This document shows positions 25,958 to 39,297 of a stretch of 64,000 nucleotides of DNA, in pieces (the stretch's first letter is position 1; every line of letters begins with the position of its first letter). Both the position numbers and the translations under genes were made by a program. The notes under the pieces were generated by a model. It had not been told where the DNA came from. It saw nothing but the letters and a program-made list of their open reading frames with translations, and ran no database searches. Source of the DNA: Octopus vulgaris (lineage: Eukaryota); NCBI GenBank assembly GCA_951406725.2, contig OX597819.1, positions 64,852,001 to 64,916,000 of the forward strand. The letters are read 5' to 3'.

Positions 25958-26136
25958 ACAAACTATTTTCAGTTATTTTTTTCATCTTTAGTAGAAGTAG
26001 TACGTAATAACAAATAGAAATAGTAACTTGTAATAAAATTTTTAGTTTCCATAAAAGCTAATAACTTCTAAATCTTATTTTTTCTAAATTTTATCTAAAA
26101 TTTTATCCTTAGCTGGAATATTTTAAGTAAAATTTT

Positions 26137-26240
26137 CTTGTTCCGTGCTTTACCAAATGTAATAACTTGTCCTGTACTTTACCAGATGTAATAACTTGTG
26201 CTGAACTCTTCCAAGTATAATAACTTCTCTCAGTACTTTT
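26137..26240. repeat. 29-bp minisatellite, ~3.5 units
   Basis: CTTGTTCCGTGCTTTACCAAATGTAATAA and diverged copies. Confidence 0.8.
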
Positions 26241-27330
26241 TCGGTGTTTATAATCTTAAGAATATTATTTCTCTTGCTCGCATTTTTCGGCGTAATATTG
26301 TCCAAAGCTCCTGTCTTGTTTTGAATAGTGCACTGTAATTTGGTTCATATATATGTACTTATATGAGAAAATCTCAGAATTTAGTCAATTACATAAAAAC
26401 ACATAAAGATATATATTTGTATGCATGAAAGATGGAATAACCTTTTCTTCCTTATATTTAAAAATTTTTTTAAATTTAATTTTGAATTTTTTAGGAATTA
26501 AAATGTTATTTTTATTCCCATTTCTATACATGAATACGTACACATCATTTATTATGTCCCACTTTCGCATATATTGAAAGACCTATAATAATATAATATT
26601 AGATATTCACGTTTGAACCCAAACTGCAGAAATATTATCATATAGCCCACAATCTGTAACTCTATTAAACATAAGGATTAAAATATCTATTTATTAATCA
26701 TATTGCTTTTATATCACTGAACACTTAGCGAGAAACATACAGACCAACAAAATTGTACCTACCCACATCATTTTGTGAATATCAAAGCACAATATGAGCA
26801 ATTTTCTACACTAACAAAACCATGACACGCCCAAAAAATAAGCGCTACTTTCAAGTAACAAAAGTAAGTAACCTGCATAAAAACACAGGTAGTTATAAAG
26901 CTGACCAGGTAAATCATACAACATACATACATTTTTGCGAATCTCTAAAGAATTCTATTACAAATATTTGGAAACACACAGATACTAAGTTTTTAAATAC
27001 TGGACTAAATTTTAAACCTTTATTAGGCCAAAGCAAAATATTAAATGCAATACAAAAATTAAAAAAAATAACACGACTAGGCCTACGAAACCCAAAAGGA
27101 ACACATTGTAATCCGAAATATTCACACATGCTTATAAAGGTCTGTTCTTTTATTCATTCACCTGTTTCAGTCGTTTGACTGCAGCCGTGTTAGAGACCCA
27201 CCTTTAGTCGTGCAACTCGACCCCAAGACTTTGTAGGTCTAGTAATTAAGCTGTCGGTGTCCTTTGTCGAAGGATACGTAAACACACCACCATCGGTTGT
27301 CAAGCGACGGTGGGGGAAGAAACACAGGCA

Positions 27331-27373
<43 letters not shown>

Positions 27374-27677
27374 GGAACAAAAATGTAATAGAGGACATTA
27401 CAATATTCAGGCAGATTGATGATACAAAGGCGGACAGAGAAACAACAATTAGAAGGTCAAACAAAAAAGACGGGTCAATCGTGGCTTTCTTTCCTCAGTC
27501 AAATTCCAGAAGTCACTAACATTTCGGACAGTTACACTTGAGATTGTTCGATCTGGTTGCCCACCAAAAGGTCTATGCTAAGAGCATTAGACTCCTTTGT
27601 AAGTAAGCTAGAGAATGTGTACGGCAACAAAGATAAATACAACAAAAAAATGCAAAGAACATGGTGCACAATTACGA

Positions 27678-27737
<60 letters not shown>

Positions 27738-27961
27738 TCGACCAAGCAGTATTCGGCATGTAAAGACCATTTACGGTATATTTGAAGTATTAATTTATAA
27801 AAATATGGTAAAGTAAAAGAATTCACTTTACCACACACCGAACTTTTCGAAATAGCAGCCAAAAACTTGGCTATTTCTTCAACTGCAAATAAAAGTCTCC
27901 AGACAATGCATACTCAGAAAAATAACTCACATAGGAATAAGGGAAAAATCCATATACGATA

Positions 27962-28023
27962 CCCGAGGACAGTCTGTTTCTGGATTTGTGGGTAAAACGC
28001 CACTTTTCCTTCATCAGCTCAGA
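27962..28023 (-). ncRNA. Type I hammerhead ribozyme motif
   Basis: Exact reverse complement of 28545-28606. Confidence 0.65.
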
Positions 28024-28544
28024 GATTTCTTTTGATTTAGATTTGAAAATACTAAGAATCAAACATACCCGTCCGATATCTGTAACATCGGACAAACTAT
28101 GCCAGACATCCAGTACTAGCGAATCCAAAAATACGAATGAGATCTATTATTCTCCCTGTCCGCCCACGTGAGTCATAGAGCATTCCATTTCTACAGAGGT
28201 AAAAACTGCAGTTTAAATTCTTGGAGAGAAAGTATTATATTGTTATGAGAAAATGGGGGTCGAATCAATTAATTATTAATAAATTCGACCAAGCAGTATT
28301 CGGTATGTAAAGACCATTTACGGTATATTTGAAGTATTAATTTATAAAAATATGGTAAAGTAAAAGAATTCACTTTACCACACACCAGCGAATCCAGGGA
28401 GAATAATACTAGGGAGAATAATAGATCTCATTCGTATTTTTGGATTCGCTAGTACTGGATGTCTGGCATAGTTTGTCCGATGTTACAGATATCGGACGGG
28501 TATGTTTGATTCTTAGTATTTTCAAATCTAAATCAAAAGAAATC

Positions 28545-28606
28545 TCTGAGCTGATGAAGGAAAAGTGGCGTTTTACCCACAAATCCAGAAACAGACTGTC
28601 CTCGGG
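28545..28606 (+). ncRNA. Type I hammerhead ribozyme motif
   Basis: UCUGAG CUGAUGA a GGA aaa GUGG-loop-CCAC aaa UCC a GAA ACAG-A-CUGU C | CUCGGG; GUC site after 28600; extra A on each side at base of helix II. Confidence 0.65.
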
Positions 28607-29660
28607 TATCGTATATGGATGTGATCTTTCATTGTTTTTCCCTTATTCCTATGTGAGTTATTTTTCTGAGTATGCATTGTCTGGAGACTTTTATTTGCAG
28701 TTGAAGAAATAGCCAAGTTTTTGGCTGCTATTTCGGAAAAGTTCGGTGTGTGGTAAAGTGAATTCTTTTACTTTACCATATTTTTATAAATATATATATA
28801 TATATATATATATACGACGGTCTTCTTTCAATTACCAAATCCATCACAAGTCTTTAGTCGGCCCGAGGCAATAGTAGAAAACACTTGCCCAAGGTGCCAC
28901 ATAGTTGGACTGTACCCGGAACCATGCGGTTGGTAGGGAAGTTAAATTCTAAACAATAGCATCAACACGAATTTAATACTTAAACCATCTCCAAAACAGC
29001 CAACCATAACAACCGACCCTCCAGCTAATCCCCACATGAATGAAACCCACAGACCCAAGCAGGATTTTTTACTCAAATTTATCATACATATGTGCAGACG
29101 TGAGTTATCATATTTAAAGCTGAGATCAATTTCAATGCCCTGCATTGAAAATGATAGATAAGAAAATGATAGACATGGTTCTGTGTGGAGAAACCTATCA
29201 GAGGGGAGGTTACAAAGAATATTATATTAAATAACTACTGGTAATCAGTAACGCTGACCTGTGTGATATATTATTCAGAATTAATTACCTTATTGTCATT
29301 ACGACAATGTCAATAAATTTAGCGTAGCAAGAGAATTTAGACACGCACACATTCACATACACACAAACGCACACATATACGCACATAAACACACATACAC
29401 GCACACACACATAAATATATATATGTATAAGTATATATATATACGCATGCATATATACATATACACGCACACACAGATATGTGTCACACATACATTTTTT
29501 CATATATATATATATATATATATGTGTATGTGTGTATATATGTATATACACATATATACATATGTGTGTATGTATATGTACAAATATACACACATATATC
29601 TCAATATCCATCCATCTAACTATGTATGTATGTATCTATCTATGTATCTATGTATCTATG

Positions 29661-29714
<54 letters not shown>

Positions 29715-29731
29715 CATATATATATATTTAT

Positions 29732-29769
<38 letters not shown>

Positions 29770-29770
29770 A

Positions 29771-29876
<106 letters not shown>

Positions 29877-30813
29877 TACTCAGCCCATGTTTAGCAGAAA
29901 ATTGGTTGACAACATTATAAAATATGCAATGTAATTAGTACGGAGGACAATGTCAAATGGGTCAGTATGGCTCGTCATAAACAGTTATTCAATATACTTT
30001 TGTCTGTAACCTCACACACATAAGGTTAGTGTATGTATAGAACTGTTCGTGTGTCATAAGCTTCGCACATTAAGTAACAGCACGCGCACAAACTTATAAG
30101 ACGGTGCATAAATATATGTATACATATAAACCTGAATATACATGTATTTATATGAATATATATATGTCTGTATGTGTATGTGTATTGTATGTATATGTAT
30201 GTATATATGTATGCATGAATGTATGTATGTGTGTATGTATATATGTATGTATATATGTATGTATGCATGTATGAAACATACATATGTGCAGACGTGAGTT
30301 ATCATATTGCAAAATGGCTATAGTCATAAATAGTCGTAATAAAGGAATTGATGGAAGAAAGCTATCACGTGATAGATTAAAAGAGTAAAACAATTGTCCC
30401 TCCTCCTAAATTATTGCGTTGTCATCGTGTTCAGTAATTCTTTGTATACTACAATGAGGTTTTCAAATGAGCCGAGCTGTATTATTGCTAAATATATAAG
30501 CTAACTTAGCAAGTCTATGAGTGCGTGTGTGTGTGTGTATGCGAGTATGTCTATATATGTGAATATATATAAATGTGTGTGTGCTTTCATGTGTGTGTGT
30601 ATGTATGTCTATATATGGTTAATCCAATCAAGGAAGCACAAAAGCACAACAACGCGAGCACGTGGAACAAATATAGTATTATTGGACGCTCAGAAAAGAA
30701 GGAAAGAAGGAGGGTTTAACGTCGGAAACTCTTCGTCGGAAACATATGAGAAGGAGAGATCCAGAGAAGGGAAGACAGAGGAAAAAAATCGCCAACGGTA
30801 CACACGAGGTCAC

Positions 30814-30889
<76 letters not shown>

Positions 30890-30928
30890 GTATGTGTGTG
30901 TGTGTATGTATCTATATGTATACAGGTA

Positions 30929-30962
30929 TACAGGGGTTGGACAAGAAAATGGAAACACCTTA
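30929..30962 (+). mobile_element. Solo Tc1-like terminal inverted repeat
   Basis: TA-CAGGGGTTGGACAAGAAAATGGAAACACC; no partner TIR seen. Confidence 0.5.
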
Positions 30963-31322
30963 AAATTTCAAGCAAATTTACTTCTTACTGTATTGCGTGT
31001 TCGTTTCTTTTCTGCAACTGTTATTTTTTATTTTTTCTTATTGCATATAAATGAAGATATATCCTTTGCTTGCTGCTCCTTTTTGCATGAAATGAACAGA
31101 TACATTGAGAAACTGATATTTTAGCGATTTATACCTATTTATTACCCGAAGAGACACATCTGCACAGTTGGATGATCATAAACCAGTCATTAAGTATCCG
31201 CCCCCCTTGAGGGATCGCTGCTAGATGTGCCGAAGCACATATCATTATTAATAAAAATTATTGTACCTTTCATCTTCCATCTTTCATTTACGACATATAT
31301 GTAGATGTCTGTGCGCGCGCGC

Positions 31323-31363
<41 letters not shown>

Positions 31364-31564
31364 CCTGCTTCTGCATATGATTTTGAAATAAAAATATATC
31401 TATGATATCTTCCCAAGTGTTTATCGTAACCTGCACCAATAATTCCTTTGTATGCTAACATAAATTTCGGAGGTAATGAAATATTTTCTTTGAAACACGC
31501 AATCGATGATCGCTATACTTTATCGTTTTCATTAGACAATTCCCAAATTTGACTCAGTCAACGC

Positions 31565-31775
31565 AGTGAGGTGGCGGAACTATTAGCACGCCGGGCGAAA
31601 TGCTTAGTGATTTCCCTTCTGTCTGTAAACTCTGACTTTAAATTCCGCCGAGGTTGAATTTGCCTTTCATCCTTTCTGTGTCTATAAATTAAGTACCAGT
31701 TGCAAACTGCGATCGATCTAATCGACTGGGCCACTCCCCACAAATTTTGGGCCCTGCGCCTAAAGTAAAAAAGAA
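31565..31775 (+). mobile_element. SINE family B monomer
   Basis: TTAGCACGCCGGGCGAAATGCTTAG, TTGCCTTTCATCCTTTC, AATTAAGTACCAG. Confidence 0.85.
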
Positions 31776-31847
31776 GTATTATTGGCCTGTTTGGAGTTAT
31801 AGGTAATGATTTATGTTAACTTCTAATACATGTCATCAACATCTTTA

Positions 31848-32185
31848 TAGCTTGTTTACTAACCACATAGTTCTGGGTTCAGTCCCACTGTGCGGTACCA
31901 TGAGGAAGTATCTTCTGCTATTGCCTCGGGTCGAACAAAGCCTTTTGAGAGGAATTGGTTCACGGAAACTGAAAAAAGTCTGTCCTGCATATATATGTGG
32001 GGGTGGGACGTGTTTGTGTGTGTGTCACCATCGCTTGACACCGGATGTTCGTCTGTTTACGTCCCCGTAACTTAGCGGTACAACAAAATAGACTGATAAG
32101 TCCTGGGGTCGATTGTTCGACTAAATAGGCTCTGCTGCAGCATAGCCGCAGTCAAATGACTGAAACAAATAAAAGAAATAAAACA
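31848..32185 (+). mobile_element. SINE family A
   Basis: GGGTTCAGTCCCACTG through GTCAAATGACTGAAACAAATAAAAG. Confidence 0.85.
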
Positions 32186-32239
32186 ATATATAACACAAGT
32201 TTAAGTAACATCATTTTCAAATATGCATCCATAAAAAGT

Positions 32240-32560
32240 AAAACGTAAATGAAACCTTACTGCCATTTAGAGTTTGCTGTTTTGTGTAATTTGTGTAAAT
32301 TGTGAAGAAAACTTAGGGCGGCAGAAATTGTCGTAAACAATATTCGCCATTTTCGATGATCATCTGTAGTCTATATTATATTCCAAATGAATTGCTTCAT
32401 CAAAATTATTTCGACTACTCGAAGCCGTGTTTGCACGTCGTTTTTCTCATTATTAACACCTCGAAAAGGCTGCAACGACTCATCGAGTCCATCTATGTGA
32501 TTGTCTTTTGTGTGTATGGCGTACCGAAACGGTATGTTGTGTGTATTGCCAATTGAAGAA
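32240..32560 (+). pseudogene. GPCR relic (TM1-TM3; may extend to ~33060)
   Basis: NETLLP, IFAIFD then frameshift to IICSLYYIPNEL, SIYVIV, KRYVVC. Confidence 0.4.
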
Positions 32561-33175
32561 AAACGTTAAGAAGGTTAATCGTTCCCATCAAATCATATCA
32601 ACGGAGAATATGAAGCACGTCTGATTTATATGATGTCAAAGCTTCTATTGAATAAATTCACCACGATTTATTAAATAACTAAACGTGATATGTTATACAA
32701 TTGTTGGATCGAATTACAAGATTGATATTAGTAAAAACGATTAATAATTATCGCAATAATAAATTCTGTAAGACATAAACGTAGCAATAACAACAGTGAA
32801 TATCATTAATAATTATTAATACTTGCCGAATCTCTAGAGCAGCGGGTAATATAGTTTTCAGATCTTTGTTTGCAGCTCTTTATGGTTTGTGTTCTAATCA
32901 TATAACGATCATACTTACTGTTATACACTCCCGGATAGAACAAGAAGACACTATAACGGTATGCGGTACGAATTCGTCTAAATCGCTTCTCAAAAGTCTG
33001 CGTTGATATTGGTGTAGTTTTTATTGTTTGTTTCGTTCACTCAGATTGTCGTTTGATTTTGCTGCCGGCACAGGATTAATACATATGAAACTACACACCA
33101 CAAACATAGGTAATTGGACTTTTCAGGTTCCTTGCTGCAAGATTTCTGACCAACATCTTCAAGAATTCATTTACA

Positions 33176-33216
<41 letters not shown>

Positions 33217-33479
33217 GAATGTGTATGTGTGTGCATACCTTCAGTTGTATTTTATCCACTTTCTAGACCAACAACACCATAATTGTGATCTTGAGATTAC
33301 TACTGATGATACGTGTTTCCTACAGGTGATGGAGTTTGTCATCACCAGAAAAAGAAAAATAATTGTAATATCTTAGATATATTTGTGTCATTTCTGTGTT
33401 GTGCATTGCTGCTCCAAGATACAACCTAATGTAGTCTGTAACTTTAAATGTTTTAGAAACCATATTCCTAGGTAGGTAG

Positions 33480-33728
<249 letters not shown>

Positions 33729-34260
33729 TATATGACCTCCTGGGGTTTAAAGTGCATATCGTTGTTTCTTAGAAGACAGGCACATTAAAGTGACCGTCAT
33801 CAATACTTTATATATATATATGTATATACACGCGTGCTTATATATTGATTTCCATTCATCCTGTTTATTCACACAAACGTGATTCATAACGTTGTACATT
33901 TGATATGTGCAATAATATTTGCATTTTACATTAAAATATTGGTTACATATTTAGTTACATAAGTTATATTATGTTTCACAATACGATGCTGCTATATTTA
34001 AGGGATTTAGTATAAGAGCATTATATACGTTCCTCTTTCTGTTTTGCTTTGTGCTCATGGTGTGAATGAATTTGCTATTACAATTACTGGTTAGTAGCTT
34101 GAGTATATTTATTAAGGCTGCGTCACAGTCATAAATTGTTTAGTTAGGAATTGATTATTTGCATCATGCTTCTCATTCGGAGCATTTCTGATGCTAACCA
34201 GGCAGTTAATGTTGAAGATGAAGAGGAAGAATAATCCTTTCAACTATAGACAGAAGATAC

Positions 34261-34790
34261 AGTTCTATATTTAAGAGATGAAGAAGTATATACATTATTT
34301 ACATTTGACGGATATTTGTCCTCATCTTGTTTGTTGTTAACACAACGTTTCGGCTGATATACTCGCCAGCCTTCATCAGCTGCTTGGGAAAATTTCTATC
34401 CTAGGTTCTCATTCTTAAAGTATTTTTCGGGCATATGGCATATTGGTTAAGATGGCGGGCTACTAACCCCAAGATTCCGAGTCTGATTCCAAGCATTGAC
34501 CTGTATAATAATAACAATAATAATAATAATGATAATAATGATAATAATAATAACAACAACGACAACGACAACAACAACAACAACAATAACAACAATAATA
34601 ATAATACTTATAATAATAATATTGATAATAACAACATCGAAAAATACCTTAGGAATGAGAACCCAGGTTCGACATTTCCCCCAGACACCTGATGAAGGCT
34701 AGAGGGTATATCAGCCGAAACGTTGTGTTGACAACAAACAAAATGAAGACAAATACCGTTCAAATGTAGATAAGGTAAATAATGTATATA
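34261..34790 (+). mobile_element. Chimeric element: tRNA-like head + (AAT/AAC)n + hammerhead tail, with inverted tail copy upstream
   Basis: Inverted arms 34287-34429 / 34638-34790; head 34429-34503 with A-box-like TGGCATATTGG and B-box-like GAGTCTGATTCC; degenerate ~15-bp TSD TATAG(A/G)CAGAAG(A)TAC. Confidence 0.75.
34684..34729 (+). ncRNA. Minimal type I hammerhead ribozyme motif
   Basis: GACAC CUGAUGA a GGCU-N12-AGCC GAA ACGU U | GUGUU; palindromic helix III; second copy with decayed helix I on minus strand 34339-34385. Confidence 0.65.
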
Positions 34791-34945
34791 GGCAGAAGTA
34801 CTGAAATTTTGGGGGAAGGGGCAGTCGATTAGATCGACCCCAGTACGAAACTGGTACTTAATTTATCGGCTTCGAAAGGATGAAAGCCAAAGTCGACGTT
34901 AGCGGAATTTGAACTGAGAACGTAGCGACGGGCAAAATACTGCAA
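34790..34945 (-). mobile_element. SINE family B whose tail is interrupted by the 34261-34790 insertion
   Basis: GAAAGGATGAAAGCCAAAGTCGAC core; tail remainder TCCTTTCAACTATAG at 34235-34249. Confidence 0.8.
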
Positions 34946-35040
34946 GTCGAAGAAGAAGAATAATACGTAATTTTGTTTCATAACCTTAAATTCAATTTTA
35001 TATTTGCCCTACTTCAACTTTCCTCCTAATTAACTACCAC

Positions 35041-35310
35041 AGTGATAATTTGCTGTAATTGTATAACTTCACGACGATTAATGACGTGAGTTTCTATTAT
35101 TTTTTTGTACTCGCTAGAGTTATCAGCCTCATTCCTTATAAATGGAAACAATTATGGTTTCCATATCTATTCATGATGCCTTCTGACTCATTCGAACGTA
35201 AATGCGTTAGGCCTTGTTGTGCATATCTCGGGAGAATAATTTTCCTTTTTAAAAGATTCGACGCATTGACGTAAGCGATTTTGAGACGGCTGTGTTTTCA
35301 CGTGTGTTTC
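35041..35310 (+). pseudogene. GPCR relic (TM1-TM3)
   Basis: One frame: SDNLL*LYNFTTINDVSFYYFFVLARVISLIP..WFPYLF..C. Confidence 0.35.
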
Positions 35311-38089
35311 GTCAGACAGAATTACCTGGACACTTGAAGGTAAACAAATACTAGCTTAGTTTGTAACTTCAAAAAGTGAATTGTTTGCTGACCAGTGTTG
35401 GTATCTACCAACTGATAAAAATGTTTCATAGTATTAGATTAGGTCTGGCTAAGCCCGAAACAGAGCGAAATGAAATACAAAAGTAAGAGAGAACAATAGC
35501 CCCCTTTCGACACTTCGGCTTTAGGACCTCTTTATCAGGACACATGGATAAATCGGAAATTAAATCAATCCATTAGCGTTGCTCCTATATGAAGGAGAGG
35601 GTGACGAAATGCATAGACGGTTTTTGTTATAAAAGGCGATATGCTTAGAATAAATTTGTTGCAATGTTTATTGACGACCGAATTTCATTATTCTGATTGT
35701 TAGTTATAGTTTATCGGGAGGCGTTTGTTGTATAGTAAACCATATTGTTTCAAAGTTTGATGATTATCAAATTAATATACTTGGTCATGCTGCTTTTCTA
35801 AGGAGGTTCTATGTAAGATGGTGTGTCATGTCAAATCATGGTATGAAGTCACCTGAGGGAATTTATTGTTGTGTAATCACAATTTTCGGTGATTTTTGTT
35901 AGCAGACATTCTATGAAACTAACATTTATTTGAAAATATTGTATACATGAATGGCTTTGTTTTTATCCTATTTGTTATCTGAGCATACAAAATTGCACCT
36001 ATTATTGTTGGATCATTTGAAGTATCTTTGTTTTCTGATAAAATGAAGACGTGAAAGGAAATATTGAAGTTTAGAATTCACCGGAATAACAGAATACGTA
36101 GGAAATTCTAAACCAAAAACGAATACACATTCCTCAAAGTAACGAATTTAACTTTAGTTTCAATGTACAGGTTACCAAATGATAACGATCTGAGACACTT
36201 TGTTTTTCACCCTTTTTGTCACTTTTGTCAGGATAGATTGCATGCCATTGCAATAAGAAGCATTTAAATCATATCATAAGCGAGCTTCCAAATGATGTGA
36301 TATCACGAATATTTTGAAATCAAACCAAATTCCTGCAGCATCTTAAGTACGCAAGATAAAGCAAAACAATAGTAATTGGCTGAAAACTACATGTAAAATG
36401 TAGAAAAACAAAAACAATAAATGCATATAAGGAAAGGTAAACTGTATTAACATGCTGTCGGTTACAGAGACTAAGATGAACAGGAATCTCGAGAAATTTT
36501 AAATGTAATCTACAGCATGTTTAGAAAGTATGAATAACTAAATTCAAACGAGTCTTTATAGGTAACATGGAGAAAAAAGAATATAAGTTGAAAAAAGCCA
36601 TTGTCTTAGAATATATCCTCAAACTGTTGAGGGCATTCAGACGGCAAGATTCTATACAAAATGTGCTTTACTTCAAAAGCAGATATATCACCTTAAAATA
36701 TCGTTGACATTGTATCTTTATCGTTCTTTCACATAAAAATTGATAGTTGAAATTAAGTGGACAATATCACCGTGTACTGAAATAGTACATTTCTATTTCC
36801 AGAGTGGTTATGTGAAAGAGAGATAGGCAAGACAGAAAGAGAGATAGGCAAGTTGCTAAAGCGAGATGTTAAAAAGAAAGAGAATCAGTGTCTGCGCATG
36901 CCAGAAAGTAGAAAGTAAAGTCCAAACTGAAATTGTAAAACAAACAGAAATGCCTGCAGACATTATATAAAGTAAAATACTAATAATTCTACACAGAGAC
37001 AAGAACAAAAAGAAAATATCAAAGAGTTTAGGATGAAAGAAAAAGAAATACGAGATTATTAGAACAAAGAAACAGAACGGATGACTTTATACAAAGACCT
37101 ACAAGAAGATTAATAGATAAAACTTAAGAACAAATTGATATATGATGAATACAAAAGAATAAAAGCAGCAGACAGAATACAAAATGAAAAATATATCTGT
37201 AGATATAGCAGTTGCGAGAACAAGAGTTAAGCACTGATTCAATCCATAAATATTTTAACATATTCTAAATTACTGAGCATTATTTCTTGGGAAACTTTGA
37301 AGTAATGTATCAGTTTTGTGAAGAAAAGCTCTTGTAAAGAACATTCCCCTTGGCGCCTTCAAGTTTCTGAGATGTTTCTAAACAAAGACTTTTCGTAACT
37401 TTTTGTTGTCAATTGTCTAAATCTGATTTTGCTTCAACAACTCGTACTCTACCTTTGCTGCATATTACCTAAACAATTTCTCAAGTTTTCTACGTATTTT
37501 AGTGGCTCTAACTGAGAACGTGTTCCTATATTTTACCTTTCCATACATTCATTAACTGCTTGTGTGTTTTCCTACAATTTGACTTTAGTTTTAATCGCAT
37601 AAGAGATGGCCTTGCTTTATATGGTAAATTTCATAAGTCTTTAGAGATGTTAGTTTCATGTTGAAATATTTATGATATCATGTTATCTTTTGTAATCTTG
37701 CATATGTTTTCCATATGTGTAGATACTTACCAAGATAAATGTATGCATGAATGTATTTATTCATAAATCTTTTTAGTTATTACTTTCACAGAGAACGCTA
37801 GATTATATCTTCATTCGCACAAAGAGCGTGATTGCCATTATAACAGCTTGTTTTTTCTTAACCGCAGTAAGTGTGGCTTCCTTCTATACAGAAACCCAGA
37901 AGCGTATTCAAGTATCCATACACGCGCGCACACACCACCACCACACACATAATTACACAGAAACACTTAGACATAATCACACACACGTGCGTGCGAGCGC
38001 ACACTGCTGTATACATCGTTCAAGTCTACGATGAAGTAACAAATCACCCATGAAAAGAATATGGCATTATAACTAGGGTTCCTTTAATG

Positions 38090-38295
38090 TGATGAGCAGG
38101 TAGAACTGGCAGCACACCAGGCAAGATGCTTAGCTGCATTTCATCCTTCTTGAAGTTCTGAGTTCAAATTCTACCGAGGTCGATTCCCCTTTCATATTTT
38201 CGGGTTTCGATGAATTAAGTACTGGAGTCAATGTGATCGACTTACTTTCCCCCATAATTTCAGGTTTTGCGCCGTCAGAAACAGGATTATTACTG
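38090..38295 (+). mobile_element. SINE family B monomer
   Basis: GATGCTTAGC, GTTCTGAGTTCAAATTCTACCGAGGTCGA, AATTAAGTACTGG. Confidence 0.75.
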
Positions 38296-39297
38296 GAAAC
38301 GTGTTGAAATAGATTTCCAATTGAACAAATAAATTTAATGACGTTTATAACTATGCATGCATTTTATAGAGACATTTACTGAAACTCGCACTTAATAAAT
38401 GATTGACAAATTACATTTTCCATATATTTGATAAATACTCATATATCAATATTACATTCTATGCTATACATCAAAATACTGAAAATAATTGGATCAAAAG
38501 AGAATTCAACATGAAGAAAATATCATCAAATAAGAGTTACGATCTCATTGCCGTTAAACTAATAATTGTTTTTCTTTTATGAAATTGTTCAACAGCTTAA
38601 CATCTACAACTTCATAAATCACTGAGGAAATGTTGGTACCATAAATAATAACAATCGTTGTATATAATAAAAGCTAATCGTATTAATGCGTTACTGTTAA
38701 TATATGTATAGCGTCTTATTTACGCGAATACCTATATCGTATGTAATGCAAAAAGTTCTAAAATATTTTAATATTCGTTATCAAAGTAATAAAAACTTGG
38801 CAGCAATGAGGAGTGCACAGATGGATAACATACGTTGAGAGGTCGTAAATAAGTCTAAGTCATCCTGGCAGCTGTATGGCCGTATGCAGATATGCGTACA
38901 TAAGTTCACAAACATAGACATACAGATGAATATAATCTAAGATATTCATTTGCGTACCTGTCTTAACATCTGCATAAACATTTCTTGTCCTCTCTGCGTA
39001 GGCTCGAAACCGAAAATACTTTCTCACTTCCCGAGTGTTAAACTAGTACATCTTTTTGTTGTTTACACACCCGTCTTCGTCTTTTAGTTTTTGTAAATTC
39101 TCACTATATATATATATATATTTAAGGTTAGTAGAGTTAAATGTTGCAATAACTGTCTAAGGGATAAAACTATACGTTATACTACTGGTACAATTAAATA
39201 TCTTAACCCTGGACGTAAACGTGCATGCATATTATGCTCATAGATTACAGGTAACTACAAAGATAAACATGACTTTATCAGGAATCAAATTTAATGT

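Larger units (their letters stand above)
27732..28791. mobile_element. Young non-coding hammerhead-bearing element (Penelope-type terminal repeat / retrozyme-like) with direct and inverted copies
   Basis: 108-bp direct repeat 27732-27839 / 28279-28386 (period 547, 1 mismatch); inverted near-identical copy 27793-28157 vs 28411-28791; both outer ends in (TA)n. Confidence 0.85.
27147..28942 (-). mobile_element. SINE family A split by two insertions into its internal (TA)n
   Basis: 3' half at 27147-27370 and 5' half at 28813-28942; inserts at 27372-27685 and 27732-28791. Confidence 0.8.

Noticed and set aside
26137-26240. 29-bp repeats resembling a CRISPR array (also 51790-51899)
   Set aside because: Contiguous tandem units without spacers, eukaryotic context, no cas genes
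26822-27178. 118-aa ORF with FLNTGLNFKP resembling a Penelope N-terminal motif
   Set aside because: One short motif only; cannot be supported without a search
27871-28712. Near-identical 85- and 90-aa ORFs on opposite strands
   Set aside because: By-product of the inverted duplication; non-ATG start and no domain
34429-34503. Possible tRNA gene
   Set aside because: No closed acceptor stem or full cloverleaf; it is a SINE head, and the same applies to the other tRNA-like heads
36100-37220. Ancient LINE remnants (LVSMYRLP here; NVYGP at ~58600 minus; ~47650-48200 minus)
   Set aside because: Isolated degenerate motifs; plausible but too decayed to call
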